From assembly GCF_009914755.1 (NCBI RefSeq), contig NC_060929.1: DNA of 64,000 bases; one strand, 5' to 3'. Numbering within the stretch: the stretch's first letter is position 1; the number at the start of each line of letters is the position of its first letter. A program made the translations under genes and the position numbers. The notes under the pieces are model-generated. The model saw only the letters and a list, made by a program, of their open reading frames with translations, had not been told where the DNA came from and did no database searches. Positions 27,869-40,742 of the stretch are shown piece by piece. The DNA comes from the human T2T-CHM13v2.0 reference genome, Homo sapiens.

Positions 27869-29490
27869 GAAGGTGTGCTCACAGGTAAGCAGCTTCCTGA
27901 CTCTAGGTGCTGGCCAGGCCTGGGAGAGGTGATGGCTCCAGGGTCAGCAAAGCCCCAGAGTCAAAGCTCGGAACATAAAGACGACTGGGACCCATTCCCT
28001 CCTCGCCACGCCAGCACCTCCTGCCTGGGGAATCTCTGGCTTCCTGGCTGGCCCTGGCTGTGCCCTGGTTTTTCTTCTCTGTGGCCAGGGGATCCTTCCG
28101 GACATAAGTGGGTGGATGGGGCTTCCTTGACTGGGGCCACCAGTGGCACCCACCTCTCCAGCAGGGAGATGCCTCTGGGCCTGGCTGCCACTGTGGCCCC
28201 TCATTCCTGACCCCTCTGCCTCATCCCTGCCCTTCCTGAGGGTCCTCCCTGCCCCCCAGGCTGCTGTGCTCTGGCCAGTGGGCTCTTGCCCCTGCTGTTC
28301 CTGCAGCCACTTCTTTGAGTCTTGACCCAAAAGTCTGGCAGACAAGCCCTGGGCCCTGCTGTGTGCACAGCTCTTGTGAGTCCACGCATCCTGCCTGCAT
28401 CTTAGAGAAGGTTTCATTGCTTGGTATAGAGTAGTTTCCAAGGCATCTCGGTGAGTGAGTTAGACCATTTTATAGACAGGGAAACTGAGGCACAAGAGAC
28501 TGACCCGGGTCATAGCCAGGACCAGTGAAGGAAGGTGGTGACCTCATTCCCAGTCTTTGGGGTCTTTCTTCTGGGCACTCATCCAGCGTCCCAGGTGGAG
28601 TGTGCCCTGTGACCGTCCATTTCTGCAGGTGACTTTCTAGAAGGAGGCTCTGGTTCATAACACTTGGTTCCCAGAAGAAACCATTTTTCTCAACTACGGT
28701 ACATTTGACATCAAATAAGGATTTAGATACTTAACATTGTTTTTATATCCTATTAGAAATTCTGACTTCATTTACTATATTGTGATAAACCTTCAAAGCC
28801 CACGGTAGTAATTCTGGCAGCAGAGCTGGCAGGCTGAAACCGCTTCCATGGAGATGCATCTCACAGGGTCCCAAGTGATGTAAACAAAACTTGTGTAATG
28901 AACACAGCATCTCCCTCAGCGGCTGTGTCTGTCCCATTTTCTTTGACTTTAAATACATGATACTCTGTGGGAAGCATGAGCTGAAATAATGATCTCGTCA
29001 GTGGGTCTTTGTGAAAACTAAAAAGATTTTTGAAATCTAGAGGCACGCAGCTTTTTTTAGTATTTGAATGCATCTTTCTTCACACTTTGGGTTTGCAGAA
29101 CAAATGTTTGCATGTAATTTTGCTTCCTAAAATGTCAAAAATAGCACAAATATGAAAACAAGTATTCTCAAAGAGTGATCTTTTATGGAAAGACTGCTTA
29201 CAGTAACTCGTTCCAGTTGGCTTTGAAAAATGCTGCGTGGAATTATCTTCACATACTTGGGAACAGGGAGTGTAAGGGAAACCCCTGCCTCACCGTCTCA
29301 GGAGCATTGTGACGAGGGCCTCTTCCTTTCCTGGCCTCCCACAAGCCCCAGCATCTGTTGATTGAAAGAGGAAGGTGTATCTCCTATTTTAAAATCATGT
29401 ATAATTTTATATTTTCTAAAACATAAGCATGGCTAATTGTATGATCGCTTATGTCATTTGTAAGGAATTCAGCATAAAAAAATTTTTCTC

Positions 29491-29775
<285 letters not shown>

Positions 29776-30261
29776 TATATATATATTTTTTTTTTTCTCA
29801 GAGTTGCAAAGACAGAGACCTCCTTTGGTTGAGAGGAGGGCAAGTTTCGAAAGGAGGAACTTTGCTGTGGGGAGGAGTCAGTGGCCAGGCCCCACAGAGT
29901 CTGACGGCCTCTCCTGGCATCCAGCCTCACCTCCTTCCTAATGATACAACCTGCATGTTTTAGCTGGATGTGTGGCTACCCAGGGTGAAGACTGTATTCC
30001 CAGCCTAGGTGTGGTCGTGTGACTAATTCCTGGCAGCACATTGGATATGATCCCAAGATTGTGGAGCTTCTGGGAAGTGCCCTTGAGTAACTTCCTGTTG
30101 GCTGGAAGGTAGCTGTGTTGGCTAGAGCTCCAGCATCCATCTTGGCCTATAAAACAACTTCAGGAAGGGAAATTAGGCCAGCAGCAACTGGGGAGAAGGA
30201 GTCTGGGTCCTGGACCTTTGGAAGGGCCCTCTCAGTTCTGGACTGGCTACCTCTGGCCTTA

Positions 30262-30759
30262 TGAATGGGAGGGAGGAATGAATGGTGGGGGAATGAATAG
30301 GAGTGGGGAGTGAATGGGAGGGGGGAATGAATGGGGGGGAATGAATTGGAGGGGGAAATGAATGGGAGGGGGGAGAATGGGGGGGAATGAATGGGGGGGA
30401 ATGAATGGGGGGAATGAATGGGGGGGAATGAATGGGGGGGATGAATGGGAGGGAGAATGAATGGGGGGAATGAATGGGGGGAGAATGGGAGGGGGAATGA
30501 ATGGGAGGGGGAATGAATGGGGGGGAATGAATGGGGGGAATGAATGGGAGGGGGGAATGAATGGGAGGGGGAATGAATGGGAAGGGGGAATGAATGGGAG
30601 GGGAGAATGAATGGGAGGGGGGAATGAATGGGAGCAGGGAATGAATGGGGGGAAATGAATGGGATGGGGGAATGAATGGGAGGCGGGAATGAATGGGAGG
30701 GGGAATGAATGGGAGGGGGGAGTGAATGGGAGGGGGGAGTGAATGGGAGGGGGAATGAA
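30262..30759. repeat. G-rich (GAATGAATGGG[A]GGGG)n tandem repeat
   Basis: Directly visible, about 30 units of 14-19 bp, almost no C on the plus strand. Confidence 0.95.
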
Positions 30760-32035
30760 GTTCTATCTCATTTAGGTGATTATTGTTTTGGACATTTCTG
30801 CTACTTGGAGGTACAGCTGATTCTAATGGACCTGCAGGCTCCTGGAGACACTTGGACTGGAAAAGCAAAACCAAGGCCCATGACATCTATCTTTGCATAT
30901 TGAAGTAGATTTAGAAAACCCTTTCGAATCCCTCTGAGTACTTTTATTTGCTGCTCCCTCTCAACCTCAACTTTGTTCCTCATCCCACTTTCTACTGGAC
31001 ATTTTGACCTGGCCCTTTGCCCTCCCTTCCCTTTGCCCTCCCTTCCTGCACGCTGCTGAGCTGTAGCTCTCTCGGGGGTGCCCAAAGACTCCAGCCCTCC
31101 CAGCCCCATCTCCCCACCCTCGCCTCAGCCCTTCCTCCTCACTGAGCCCCCGTGCCTAGCTGTCTGCTGACCGTGGGTGCTGCCTCACACTCCAAAGCCC
31201 ATCTCCTCCTCAGGTCACCCCTTGGCATCCGACACCCCCAGAACCTTATTCACCTTCTCTGCAGGTCCAGAGCCCAGCAGAGCTCTATGCCATGGCAGGA
31301 GAGTGGGAGGCATTTCCTAAGAATGCTGCCTTTGGCTCTGAATTCCCAGGACATTTTGGTTGCATAATATTCATTGTCTGAGAAAAGAAAGAAAAGAGAC
31401 TCATTTGGAGAATTAAAAAAATTATTGTAGAAAGATTTCATTTAATAAATCCTCACTCTCATTAGTATCTAAGTAGCCCTTTTACTGTCCTAAATAGATG
31501 CCAGGGCAGGAACCAGGGTGCAGAGGGCTCTGGCCCTGGCGGCAGCCTGGGACTCACATTGCTATAGGTGGGCCCAGAGGCTTCAGGGAGAAGCCTGTCC
31601 CCTTCTATCTCCCCTCTTCTCTTGTGGAGAAGCAGCTCCTTCCTGCCTGGGAGTCCCAGGACATCTTCGAGGAGGGGACATTTGAGAAGGATGGGGGAAG
31701 AGGCCAGGAGAAAAGCAGGGAGGGAGGAGGGAAACCCATCATCAGCTCTGGCCGAGGCCTGTCTTGTAAGACCCCAGGGCCAGGGCCAGGCCGGATGTGT
31801 ACCAAGTCGGACCACGTGGAAGAGGCTTGAATGCGTGAGAAGGTGCCCTCTCCCTCCTTCCCTCCTTCCCTGTCCCCTTCTATCTCCCCCCTTCTCTGTG
31901 AGCAGGCATTGGCTCCTCAGAAGGGCCTCTCACTCAGTTGGATGGTGATGCATTCCCCACTCATGCCTGGAAGTAAGCGGGCGCAGCCACTGTGGATGAG
32001 TTGCCAGTGGAACCATGAGTGTTCCTGCGTGCGGC

Positions 32036-33030
32036 CTGCACCTGCACACACACCTGCACACACGGGCACCTATACACACACTTGTCCCTGTGTGCACATA
32101 CCTACACCTGCACACACACCTCCAAACACACCTGCACCTCTACACACTTGGCCTGTGAACACACACCTGCACCTGCGCACACACCTGCACCTATACACAC
32201 ACTTGTCCCTGTGTGCACATACCTGCACCTGCACACACACCTCCAAACACACCTGCACCTCTACACACACTTGGCCCTGTGAACACACACCTGCACCTGC
32301 ACACACACCTGCACACACGGGCACCTATACACACACTTGTCCCTGTGTGCACATACCTGCATCTGCACACACACCTCCAAACACACCTGCACACACATGT
32401 GAACCTCTACACATGCTTGGCCCTGTGAACACACACCTGCATTGGCACACACACCTGCACATGCACCTACACGCACCTGCACCTATATACAAATTTGCCC
32501 CAGTGAGCACACAACTGCACTTGCACACACATCTGCACACAAACTTCTGCACACACCTGCACACACCTGCACCTATACATACACGTCCCTGTGCACACAC
32601 ACCTAGAGCTATATACATACTTGCCCCTGTGCACTCACACCTGCACACACACCTGTACCTGTGCACACACCTGCACACATACCTACACACACCTGCATCT
32701 ATACACACTTTCCCATGTGTACACACACCTGCACCTGCACTCACACCTGCATGCACACCTGTACCTCTGCACACCACCTGCATGCACATCTGTACCTCTG
32801 CACACACCTGCACACATACCTACACACACACCTGCATCTATACACTTTCCCCTGTGTACACACACCCACACCTGCACTCACACCTGCACGCACACCTGTA
32901 CCTCTGCACACACCTGCACACATACCTACACACACCTGCATCTATACACACACCTGCACCTGCACTCACACCTGCACGCACACCTGTTCCTCTGCACACA
33001 GCTATGTCACCCCACATGTGCACTCTCACC
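32036..33030. repeat. CA-rich compound repeat (CACACCTG core) with ~120-bp higher-order copies
   Basis: CACCTATACACACACTTGTCCCTGTGTGCACATACC recurs at ~32067, ~32188 and ~32322. Confidence 0.9.
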
Positions 33031-34864
33031 TAAGCTGGAGCAGCCCAGAGGGTTTGCTCATTTGCTCATTAAGTGGTTCTTGCTTGAGCAAACCAGGAAG
33101 TCATCTTGAGTGGAAGCACCTGGTCTCTGGTAACAGACGCTGAGAATCACCTGATTTGACCCTTCGACAGTGAGATGATTGTCAGAACAGAACCCTTGTG
33201 CATATTTTCAATATGAGTTGATGAGGCCAAGAGCTCTTATTGGATGGGAGGTTTATTTCATAAGCCACTTGATTTTAAAGACTCAACAGAGAGGACATAT
33301 TTCTTAGTATACTGAGTAAGACATTAACATTTGTGTTTGAGGGAGGACATTTGAGCCAGGATTTTGCAAACATAATTGGTTTGCAGTCCTTGACTCCTTG
33401 GAGTGTTTGTGTCAGTTGGGATTGAAACGGCATGTATTTAACTTTATCAGTATGTTTTCAGAGTCATCTTCATTTAGAAAACGCATTGATAACCCAGAAT
33501 GAACATATTTTTTGCAGTGATATTCTTTAAGCTGAAAATGAAATATTTGCTTCTACACCATTTAGTTGTGCCAGTCGCCTTTGATTTAGCAGACGATTTT
33601 GCTCTGGCTAAGTTGCTCTTTTAGACAGACGTTTATATGGGCGATGTTTTCCAGCAATGTGTTTAGCAATTCTCCTTTTCTCCATGTTCACATTTAAAGG
33701 GTTGTCTTAGACACCCATTTGCAGCCAACATGATCCCTAAGCTGGGACAAATGCAGCAAGTCAGGCCCTTGTGTTCAGGAAGTTACTCGTCGTGACCCAG
33801 GAAGGCAGTGACACAGGGAGTGACAGGGCTCTGGGCTCTGCCCTGTGATCTTGGGAAGTGACTCGGCTTTTCTGCCTCACCTTCCATCCTCTGCAAAGCA
33901 GGGGCGAGGTGGAACTTACCTGTAGGACCGTGGAGTCTGGAGGGCGCGCAGCTGTCCTGAGACCGGGCCTGGCCCACAGCGGGTGCTTACTCAATGCTGA
34001 TGTCTCGGCACGTGCGTCATGTTCCGTTCTGGAGTTAGTCGTCTTTCATGAACACGCGGGAAATTTTGGGGTGGGCAGGGGCCCATCACCGGATCAAGGT
34101 AGGGTTTGACCGATGTGACTGGTTAGCTGGAAAACATTGATTATTTTATGGGGGTGAAGAACCAGCCACACTTTTTACAGTGTTGGATCTTAGATTGCAA
34201 ACTGCGTTTTGTGAAAAGCTGGGAATTTCAGCTTCAGCTACTGATTAAATTACCACAAAAAAGCACTGCCAATTTAGGGTATTTCAGTAGAACTCTGGGT
34301 TTGAATATTTCTGATTTCTAGAGGAAGAGACAGCATATTGCGTCTTGGACAAGTCAACACCTTCTCTTTGAGCAAATTATTTCTTCTATATTCACAGTTG
34401 ATTCAGAATTAGATGGACCCAGCAACGATGTGTCCTCAGTTCTTCATTTTGACAGTCTGGGTTTGTTACTGCTCAGAGCGCACATGTGTTTCTCCGGACA
34501 TACATCCCTCGCACATCTGCGCACTGACAGGACTTTAATGTATCAATGTGCACACATCGGGCCCTAGAACCGGAGGCTGTCCACTCTGCTCTGCGGCTAC
34601 CCTTGCCCTTCAGGGTCTCTGGGGAGACAGTGACACCGTAGGGTGTGGGGCAGGCACCAGGACTCTGCAGCTAGAAAGGCCTGGGTTCAAACCCCCGTAC
34701 TATTTTTACCACTGTGATAACTTTGGAAAGGGATTTCCATTTCTAAGCCTTGGCGTCTCCTCTATAGAAAGGGGTGAATAAGAAGACCTGTCTTCAGGGC
34801 TATTGGAAGAGCATCGTGGTAGAACGCTCTTAGTCAACAGTCACTGCCATCGTTAGCTCCCTAA

Positions 34865-35485
<621 letters not shown>

Positions 35486-38194
35486 TAGCTGGCATCTGAG
35501 TGTCACAGGGATGCTGTGTGGCAGCCAGCCCGGTGCTTGAGTCACAGCTCAGCTCTGCTTCTCAATTCTCATTCCATCCTTGTTCCCTGGAGTCCTGCGG
35601 GAGTGGCTGCTGCTGGATGTTGTCTCTTCTTTGGTAGCTGTCAAAAGAGATTCATGAAAAAAGTGAGTAGGTAAACGGCCCAACTACCTTACTGACCTGT
35701 AACCCTAGGAAATAAGCTGGGGTGGTTGGGGGCACAGGATCCTCTAACGGAGACCCCAGGGACCCAGGCGTGTATGTATAAAACCAGCCAACAACAAATC
35801 AATCTGTAATAGGCAAGAAGATCTACGGAAATGTTCTCTTTTCCTTTTTTAAGAAGAACGGTGGGAAAGCGATGCACATGGCCAAACGGTGCAATCGGAG
35901 GGGCAGATAAACGGCGCGATCGGAGGGGTTGATAAAGGTGTGATCGGAGGGGCTGATAAACGTTGCACAATGTTGCCTGTTTTTCTACATTGTCGCTGTT
36001 TCTCAGAAAGTGCCCTCAGGCGATGACACTCAAGAGCCCTCCTCACTGCAGGCTACAGGTGTCTCCCTGGAGAACTGCGGAGGGGCTCTACAGCACGGAC
36101 CCTGCCCGTGTCATGGGCATACAGAAGAATCCGTGCAGGCTTCCCAACGGGCGGGATCCTGATGAGGGGCTGGTTCTTCTGAAGCAGGAGCAGCTGAGCG
36201 TGCAGGGAGGCTGCTGACCGTCCTGCCCTGGAGTCTTCCGCAGCCACGGTTGCCTTGAGCAGGCAGAAAGGAGAAATATCTGAAAATGGGACTCCTTGTG
36301 CAGGAACCCACATTTGCAAATGGGACAGGTCCACCCCAGAAGGTTGCTGAGCAAGCTTACATGTCTGGGACTGGCCTGTCCTGCTGTCCGAGGGGTCCTT
36401 TTTCAGGGCCAGGCTCAGTGGGGAGAGGACGCCGGGTGGGGCTGCCTGCACGGGTGGGCCAGTGACGGTTGGGCTGTCTGCACAGGTGGGCCGGTGCAGC
36501 CCGCAAGCGGACAGCCTGCCCGTTGGAACAAAGAGTCATCTAATTTGTTTAAAGTCCAAGTGTAAAGAGACACGGCAACTTTAATGCTGAGGGGCCGGCG
36601 TTCTTCAGAAGACGAATCCGGAAATAACTTCCTTCCTTAGAACTGAATCCTGCCTTACGATAGGAACTCGGTAAAATCTGTGAGCAGAAGACTTGCAAAC
36701 TTTTACTCTTAACATCCTTGCAATGGCCATTTCTCCTTTTGGTCCACCTCTCAAGCTGCACTGCACGTAACATGTTTTCAGCCCCAACGCAGGCTGCCGT
36801 GGGATGTGCCAGGTCTTGGCAGGTCAGTGACAGCTGCAGGCAGAGTCTTCCTCCCGGGTGATGTAGCTTTGAAGCACCTGCCATCGGCCGCCATCTCTCC
36901 TCATTTCCATTTCATATCGATTTAGCATTTGTGATTGTGTACCATTTTTCTTAAAGAAAACCCCTGAAGTCATCTGAGGCCCAGGCCCTGTGAAATGTGG
37001 ACCAGAGTGGGAGCGGATCACAGGGAGCCGCCACCTTCTCCTAGAGTCCCCACAGCTTTCAAGGGTGACAGCCCTGGGCGTGTTCTGCAGAGGCAGGAGG
37101 AGACAGTTTTTGAGGGCAGCAGGGCAGGGCGCTGATGGAGCCTGCCGGCCTCAGCCATGGACCCGTGGGCTTGCCTTCCTGAGGCCAGCACCTCCGCTCT
37201 CCAGCCACGTGGCCATAGGCTGGCTGCTGACTTCGCGGGTCCTTGGTGTTCTCATTTGGAAAATGGGGCATAAGAGCTGCTTCGTGGGGTCATGGGAATG
37301 TCAGAAGCCCCTGCCCAGCGTGTGGCACTGAGCATGTGGGTGGCTTTCTCCCTCTGCCCCTGGGCCTGAGTGCTGTCAGGAGTGTGACCAGCACCCTGTC
37401 CTTTTTGTCCCACGTCCTCCACCCCTACCTACGGCAACAGTCATCCTGTCCCCTTGGGCTCAAGATGGCCTTGGGCTTGCATTTAACCTGAGTGTGCCTC
37501 TTCCCAGGTGAGAACGCAGCTACACAGAAAATGACGGTTCCTGGAGAGGAGCTTTGACCTCTGACCTCTGCTCTGCTCCTGCCCCAGGGCCTTTGCCCGG
37601 GCTGCCCCTCCTACAGAAGGTTCTCAAGGCTCGTGGACTCCCGCTGTCCTTGCTAAGACCAGCTCTGCCTCCACCCCACCCTGTAGGCTCCCTGCCTTTT
37701 CCCTGGGATCAGGCTGTTTCCGTCCGCACTAGAAATGGGCCCTGTGCAGGCAGGGACGAGGGCTCAGTGGGTACCTGGCATGGTCATCCCTCCGCAAATG
37801 TCAGTGGAGGCAATGAGCTCAGTTTTAATAACATGAGTTCTTTCTTTAGAAGTCTGCACAACGGCCCCGTCTTGTGCCTCTTCCTTACCATCTGGAGCGG
37901 GAGTCTCATCGCTACACCCAGGAGAACAAACATCATGAGAACTGGGGCTGAGGAGCACAGCTGGGGGTGGACACGCAGCACAGTCACCGCCCTGGGGAAC
38001 AAAGGTTCCCTCTGCAAAGCCATCCAGGCTGCCCTTGCCCAGCCCCAGGCCCTCTCATTCACTTGTTTGCTGTGCCCACTGTGCCTGTCTGTCTGCCTCC
38101 CCTGCTAGACAGCAATCCCCCTGAGGGCAAGGCCCGGCCATTAGGAGATGCTCAGCCAGTGCCACTGAATATCGGGTTAGAAAGTGAATGAGTC

Positions 38195-38660
38195 TGTTCA
38201 GGTGATAAGGAGCTTTGGAAATAGAAACGGTGATGGTTGCACAACATCGTGAATGCCACTGACGGGTAACTCAAAGACAGCTAAAATGGCAAATTTTATG
38301 TTATACATATTTGATATTCCATAGTTCATAAAAACCCAAAAGAAGGAGTGACTAAATGTAAAAAGTGTAATCTTAAAGTTAAAAACTAGGAGATTTTCTT
38401 AATGCCTGAGATAGAAAAGGATTTCTTAATAACTAAAAGCATAGAGAAAAACATTGGCAAATTGAAACAAGGCAACATTGTTAAAGTCACCATAAACCAA
38501 TGGAAAATAAAAGCTGTGAACTGGCCAAATAGTAGTTACAGTGAATAAAATTGGAAAAGGATTGGCATCCACAGACTGAAGAAGTTCCTCGTAGCTGTAG
38601 GAAAGCAAAACACCAAAAAACAGGCACAGCTCATGAACAGGAGACTCGCTGAGAGGAGAC
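38195..38660 (+). mobile_element. Old L1 fragments
   Basis: L1M 3'-end-like GGTGATGGTTGCACAACATCGTGAATG...AATTTTATGTTATACATAT, followed by A-rich ORF2-like sequence. Confidence 0.6.
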
Positions 38661-40547
38661 CTACCGGGCCACGGAGACAGGGCACCTGCCGTGCTGGAGC
38701 TGGCTGGGGTACCGAAGCTGCAATGGGCACCCGGCCTGGAGCTGGCTGGGGTACCGGAGCTGCAGCGGGTGCCCCGCTGGGGATGGATGCACCTCTCTCC
38801 CCTCGACTGAGGAAGGGAGCAGGTCTGACCAGGCCTAGAGCCCGTGACTGCTGGGCAGTCACACTGAATACAGAGACTGGAGGCTCTACTCAGGAAGGCA
38901 ATTTGCAAATCTTCAGCGAGGGAAGCTGCGAGGCTGAGATTCAGGAACAACACTTGCAGGAATATGCCCTGGAGGGACTGACACTCGAGAAGAATTTTTG
39001 TTTTGGAATTGTGAGAAACTGAAAATGCCCATCTGCAAGGAAAGTGATAAATGAAGTGGAAGGAGTGATAAGAGTTTTGTACAGTAGTATACGGAACACT
39101 CAGTCGAGCCGGATGCGTGACCACGACTGCCCGCACCTGCTCCTCTTGGCAGCATCACCGCGCAGCCCAAGCCCGACAGTGGGATGGGGGTCACTTCAGA
39201 GGCCCTGCAGTAACTGTGTTGTGCAACCGGAGAGGAGAGACACGGGTTCTGGGGGACTTTGAAGGCAGCGCTTTTCAGTGGGGGCTCTGGATCTTCGTAA
39301 GAGACGGAGTAGAGACGGCAGAGAAAACACCACTTGGAAAGAAGGAGCAATAGCAGATAAACCCTGTGTGGCTGAGCCTGGGGACATGGTGCACAGAAAG
39401 GGAACTGGGTGACCTGGTGGACCCTCAGGGTCTCACACGCCAGGCTGGGTGGGACTCGGGAGAGGGACTGAGAGGGGTGAGATGCTACGATACTTCACAA
39501 GTGTTCAATTATGACTTTAAGTTTTACCCATTTAGTTTTGTTTTATTTGACAAATTATGGTTTTATATTTTTATTGTAATATTGCTTTTTTCAATTCATT
39601 TTACATTTCAAAGTAAAACCATTTGCCTAATCATCAGTCATTTTACTGCTAACAGCATTGATGGGCATCTGGTTTTAGCTTCAGTTTGCAGCCAACCCTT
39701 TCGCTTTCAGAGTGAGGATTCAGTTCATTGGCGCGGTTGTGTCTGGCGGCGTCAGCACCTCTGTGACAGGCAGCCTTTCTCCGGGCTTAGAGCGTCAGCG
39801 AAGGGATTATTTCAGGCCGACACTTGGCATGGAGAGTTGTCAGGCAAATGCATTTTTGAAGAGTTGGATTTGATCTCAATTATTCCATTTGGCTTTGTGA
39901 AAGGAGAGGGTTGGAAAACAGTTTACCCAGCTTCTGGCTCTGTCATATTTTCATTTTAAATCTAAAGGCAACGATGCTGGCAGGCAACCAGCTCTCGGCG
40001 TGGACTGACACTTCAGCTACTCTGGGAAAAGCAACCTCATTCAAACAAGCCAGAGCCTTAGTAGCAGCCACCCCACTTTCCCGCCGGGCTGGGCCACGAT
40101 GCTGACCCAGCGACACACAGCTCCCTTGTGTTCCCGCTGGACGCTGGCCCGGCGGCCGTGGCCTATAGAGCAGGCCCCTCGGTGCATGAAGCCAGCACAG
40201 CCCTGGAAATCCCGTGCAACAAAAAGCCTCTGTTCCACCCAGAAGAGCTCTGAGCAGAGAGGGCCCCGCCGAGGCCTGCCGCGATGGACTCACAGATGGG
40301 CGCCTGGAGAGAGCGGGCTTTCATTAGGTCAGCCCAGGGGTGGGGGGAGCAGACAGCACCGCTGGGCTTGGCTTGGGAAAGAGGCACCCCGAACCCGGAG
40401 GAACTTCCAAGAGTTTACAGGACGCTCAGGAGCCTCCTTCACTCTGCCTTTTCTTCACGTCCTAAAGTGCACGGAGCTGGTCTTTAGTTTCCAGACAGTG
40501 AGCATTAGCCCAGGTGGGCTCTCCTCTGCCAAAGAGGGTCCTGAGGA

Positions 40548-40742
40548 CCCCCACGACTTACAGCCCCCACCACTAGAGCCCCCACGACTTGGAGACCCCA
40601 CGGCTTAGAGCCCCCACCACTAGAGCCCCCACTACTTAGAGCCCCCACGACTTGGAGACCCCAAGTCTTAGAGCTCCCACCACTAGAGCCCTCACCACTT
40701 AGAGCCCGACCACTTAGAGCCGCCGTGACTTAGAGCCCCCCA
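40548..40742. repeat. 16-18-bp tandem repeat (CCCCAC[G/C]ACT[T]AGAGC)
   Basis: About 11 visible units. Confidence 0.9.

Larger units (their letters stand above)
25024..27980. mobile_element. MER76-like LTR split by a minisatellite and a THE1 insertion
   Basis: The left flank (CAGGTATGGCAAGGCCAA...TCAGGAGATGATGCCCA), the middle (GCAGGCTTAGGGTTGGCT...TACCTGGCCCTGGGGTG) and the right flank (CTCCAGGGTCAGCAAAGCCCCAGAGTCAAAGC) follow the recalled MER76 consensus in order. Confidence 0.65.

Noticed and set aside
30173-33143. Pro/His/Thr-rich ORFs (237 aa, 400 aa)
   Set aside because: These are translations of simple and low-complexity repeats.
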